64,000 nucleotides of DNA from Promethearchaeota archaeon (lineage in GTDB: Archaea; Asgardarchaeota; Lokiarchaeia; Sigyniarchaeales; SOKP01). Shown one piece after another: positions 61,789-64,000 of the stretch (position 1 is the stretch's first letter; every line of letters starts with the position of its first letter). Below the pieces are notes generated by a model. The model saw only the letters and a list, made by a program, of their open reading frames with translations, had not been told where the DNA came from and did no database searches. The DNA is taken from the NCBI GenBank assembly GCA_019894975.1, contig JAGXNO010000011.1, forward strand, positions 16,480-80,479. Reading direction: 5' to 3'. A program made the translations under genes and the position numbers.

Positions 61789-62244
61789 ATGGAAGGTAAA
61801 GCATTTCAAGATACATGGCCGGAATGGGGTTCTAACTGTTGGGGTTGTGGACGAAATAATGAACACGGTTTGCAGATTAAAAGCTATTGGGAAGGCGACG
61901 AGGCTGTATGCACATGGCAACCGAAAAAATATCATGAAGCGTACATGGGGGCTTTATGTGGTGGGATTATTGCCACAATTATTGATTGCCATTGTACAAA
62001 TACAGCAATAGCAGCAGCGTATAAAGCAGCGGGGAGAGAGTTAGGTACTGAACCCATTCTTAAGTACGCTACAGGCTCTATCTATATTAAACTTCTACGT
62101 CCAGCACGAATAAGAAAACCTATCACTTTACGAGCAAGTATTAAAGAAATGAAAAAATCGAAAATTACTGTCTCTTGTTCTCTATACTATCAAAAGAAAT
62201 TATGTGCTTCTGGTGAGATTGTTGTGATAAATTTAGATCGGTGA
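61789..62244 (+). CDS. PaaI/hotdog-fold thioesterase
   Basis: CWGCG..N.HGL, GG.IAT.IDCH and YATGS..IKLL.P. SD GAGGAGG upstream. Confidence 0.85.
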   Translation: MEGKAFQDTWPEWGSNCWGCGRNNEHGLQIKSYWEGDEAVCTWQPKKYHEAYMGALCGGIIATIIDCHCTNTAIAAAYKAAGRELGTEPILKYATGSIYIKLLRPARIRKPITLRASIKEMKKSKITVSCSLYYQKKLCASGEIVVINLDR

Positions 62245-62288
62245 ACTTCTAGAATCTTCGTGAAAGCTGAGTTTCACGATCTGTTCAC
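62241..62288 (+). terminator. Stem-loop immediately 3' of the thioesterase gene (possible terminator or stability hairpin)
   Basis: TCGTGAAA (62258-65)/TTTCACGA (62272-79) plus outer GTGAAC/GTTCAC pairing. Confidence 0.35.
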
Positions 62289-62413
62289 AATATCTCTGAA
62301 TTACCCCAGTATTATGTTAATAATATTGATTTAATATTTCATAATTTATTGAAATCACTTTGAATCTGGTAGAAATAATTATAAATGTATAAATAATACT
62401 TTTAAACGACCTC

Positions 62414-63142
62414 ATGTATGAAATTTCTAATATGAAAATAAGAGAAGCTTATTCTAATATTGCGAAATCTTCAATAAAGCCTATTTTAGTAAGATTATCT
62501 GAACATCTTGTGTTTCTGCCTAGTTTTTTGATTTTTATTCAAACTGTAACTTTAGTTATAATTCTTAATTCTGTCCCAGATTATCCAAGGTTAGCAATTT
62601 GGGGAAATCCTGATTTACTAATAGAACACCATCGACTTAAGATTCAGAATTTTATTATTCAAATTTATTTGCCAATTGTAGTAATAAGCATAATTCTAAT
62701 ATCAATTGGACTTTTCCTCAATATGTATAAGAGATTTATCAAATTAGGACAGTCAAGACAAATATCTGATAATGAAATAAGCAAACGAAAAATTATAATA
62801 AAGCAAAGAGGAGTAAAATATTTAATTCAAAATGATTTAACGACTGTCCCCTATAAACCTCGCTTTAGATTGATACATTTCCCCATTATTGTTTTTATTA
62901 TTTTTACTGGTATTCTAGCTTCTATAAGTAATGAATCAGGTTTTAATTCGAATAAAACATTTAATTTCATTATTCAAAATTATATACCAGTTGTTATTCT
63001 ATGCTGGATTGCATTTTCTGTTCTTTTCTTAATCACTAATTTAAGAAAAAAGCTAAGCAATGTTAACATTAAGAGATTAAAAAAAAGAAATTATTATATG
63101 AAAATATCCTTGATAAATTTAGGTAAGGTAAATCCGATATAG
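62414..63142 (+). CDS. Hypothetical 4-TM membrane protein
   Basis: 242-aa ORF with an internally duplicated 'NFIIQ.Y.P.V' segment; overlaps the convergent gene by 49 nt. Confidence 0.5.
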   Translation: MYEISNMKIREAYSNIAKSSIKPILVRLSEHLVFLPSFLIFIQTVTLVIILNSVPDYPRLAIWGNPDLLIEHHRLKIQNFIIQIYLPIVVISIILISIGLFLNMYKRFIKLGQSRQISDNEISKRKIIIKQRGVKYLIQNDLTTVPYKPRFRLIHFPIIVFIIFTGILASISNESGFNSNKTFNFIIQNYIPVVILCWIAFSVLFLITNLRKKLSNVNIKRLKKRNYYMKISLINLGKVNPI

Positions 63143-63822
63143 AAACACACCGAACTGACAATTACAAATATTCTTGCTAACAGGATTGATATTTCAGTGG
63201 GGCTCTCAGCAGCAATTACATCGATAATAGTCCCAATTGTAAATGTAAGAAAGGCTATTATCAAGAATTTTCCTTTTAATTTAATTTCCTCTTCACTTGA
63301 TTTAATACTTGCTCTTGCAAATAGAAATCCTGTAATAAGGAATAATGCGATCGAAAAGAGCAGATAAATCTGTACCCAAATTGCCCATTCCACTACGAAT
63401 GCACTTTGTTGAGTACCAATCAAATCTGGATCGATGAAAAAAACTATTAAGAAAGCAATTTCAAACATCACAGATTCAACGATAAAAAAAATCAATAACT
63501 CCTTCTTGAATTGTTTGAAAAGAAGATTTGTGAAACAGTAAGCCCAAGTAATGTGAATCGGTGCGATAAAGGCGTTAGCTAGAAAGAAGTAAAGAGGTGT
63601 ATTTAATTCCACATCCGCGATGGTTACCAGAAGAAATTGTAGTGCATCTGACCAATAAGGACTTGCTAAGAAAATCCATGTAATTCCAACTAACAGAAGT
63701 TCTATCTTTTTATGTTCTCTGTATTTTAGTGCGATAAATAGACCTAAAATTGTAGATATTACTACTGAAGCGAACGTAAAACTTCCATAAAAGATTTCAA
63801 ATGGAGATAATTGTGCTAGCAT
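63094..63822 (-). CDS. 7-TM-like membrane protein, unknown function
   Basis: About 7 hydrophobic helices, ending Y.GF..P..IK. Confidence 0.72.
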   Translation of the reverse strand: MLAQLSPFEIFYGSFTFASVVISTILGLFIALKYREHKKIELLLVGITWIFLASPYWSDALQFLLVTIADVELNTPLYFFLANAFIAPIHITWAYCFTNLLFKQFKKELLIFFIVESVMFEIAFLIVFFIDPDLIGTQQSAFVVEWAIWVQIYLLFSIALFLITGFLFARASIKSSEEEIKLKGKFLIIAFLTFTIGTIIDVIAAESPTEISILLARIFVIVSSVCFYIGFTLPKFIKDIFI

Positions 63823-63920
63823 GATAATCCAAAATAATTAAAATCTAAAAAATACACCTATTTTTCACATTTTACGTGTTAGTATAAAGAATTTTTATTC
63901 GGATCTTTTCTTTCCCTTTT

Positions 63921-64000
63921 CTAATTTTTTTTTACTTTTAAGGATGATCGAGGTGGTGCTCTATAAAATTTAGCAGCGGGATATCCAAGAATCATAATTC
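63921..64000 (-). CDS. C-terminal end of a probable nitroreductase-family protein (runs off the window)
   Basis: Manual translation ...IMILGYPAAKFYRAPPRSSLKVKKN* matches the nitroreductase C-terminal LGYP....R.PPR pattern. Confidence 0.55.
   Translation of the reverse strand, partial: IMILGYPAAKFYRAPPRSSLKVKKN

Noticed and set aside
747-62011. Numerous short antisense or overlapping ORFs in the track (e.g. 747, 6088, 7253, 8460, 12620, 22529, 38477, 47886, 61754)
   Set aside because: They lie within or opposite well-supported genes and show no recognisable motifs.
62241-62288. Hairpin after a TGA stop as a SECIS / selenocysteine read-through signal
   Set aside because: The thioesterase is complete at the TGA, the position is not a Cys-equivalent site, and no convincing SECIS core was seen.
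1-64000. CRISPR arrays, tRNA/rRNA genes, transposases, integrases
   Set aside because: No spaced direct repeats, cloverleaf or long GC-rich structured RNA, or mobile-element ORFs were recognised by eye.

Overview
This is an AT-rich (roughly 30% GC by eye), gene-dense archaeal window. It is most consistent with an Asgard archaeon (Lokiarchaeia), an inference from RadA, EndA, the A/V-type ATPase, GGTGA-type Shine-Dalgarno (SD) motifs and the overall gene families. It contains glycogen and hexosamine genes (GH57, GH13, glmS/glmM/nagB/glmU-like), radA, a tRNA-splicing endonuclease, a rearranged A/V-ATPase operon with a second and probably non-catalytic A subunit, a 2-hydroxyacyl-CoA dehydratase cluster, an ADPS-like/Fe-S/FGGY operon, purC-purSQL and pyrE. 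The top finding is in the dehydratase-activator gene, which is interrupted by a 30-nt insertion (25791-25820) containing a stop codon. The insertion folds into an archaeal bulge-helix-bulge (BHB) motif, and cleavage at the canonical sites exactly restores the conserved MNDKCAAGTG motif. This makes it a candidate EndA-spliced mRNA intron, and the EndA in this window carries a crenarchaeal-type broad-specificity loop. The second finding is that several genes appear to start at near-cognate ATA/ATT/ATC codons behind good SD motifs. No rRNA, tRNA, CRISPR array or transposase was seen.
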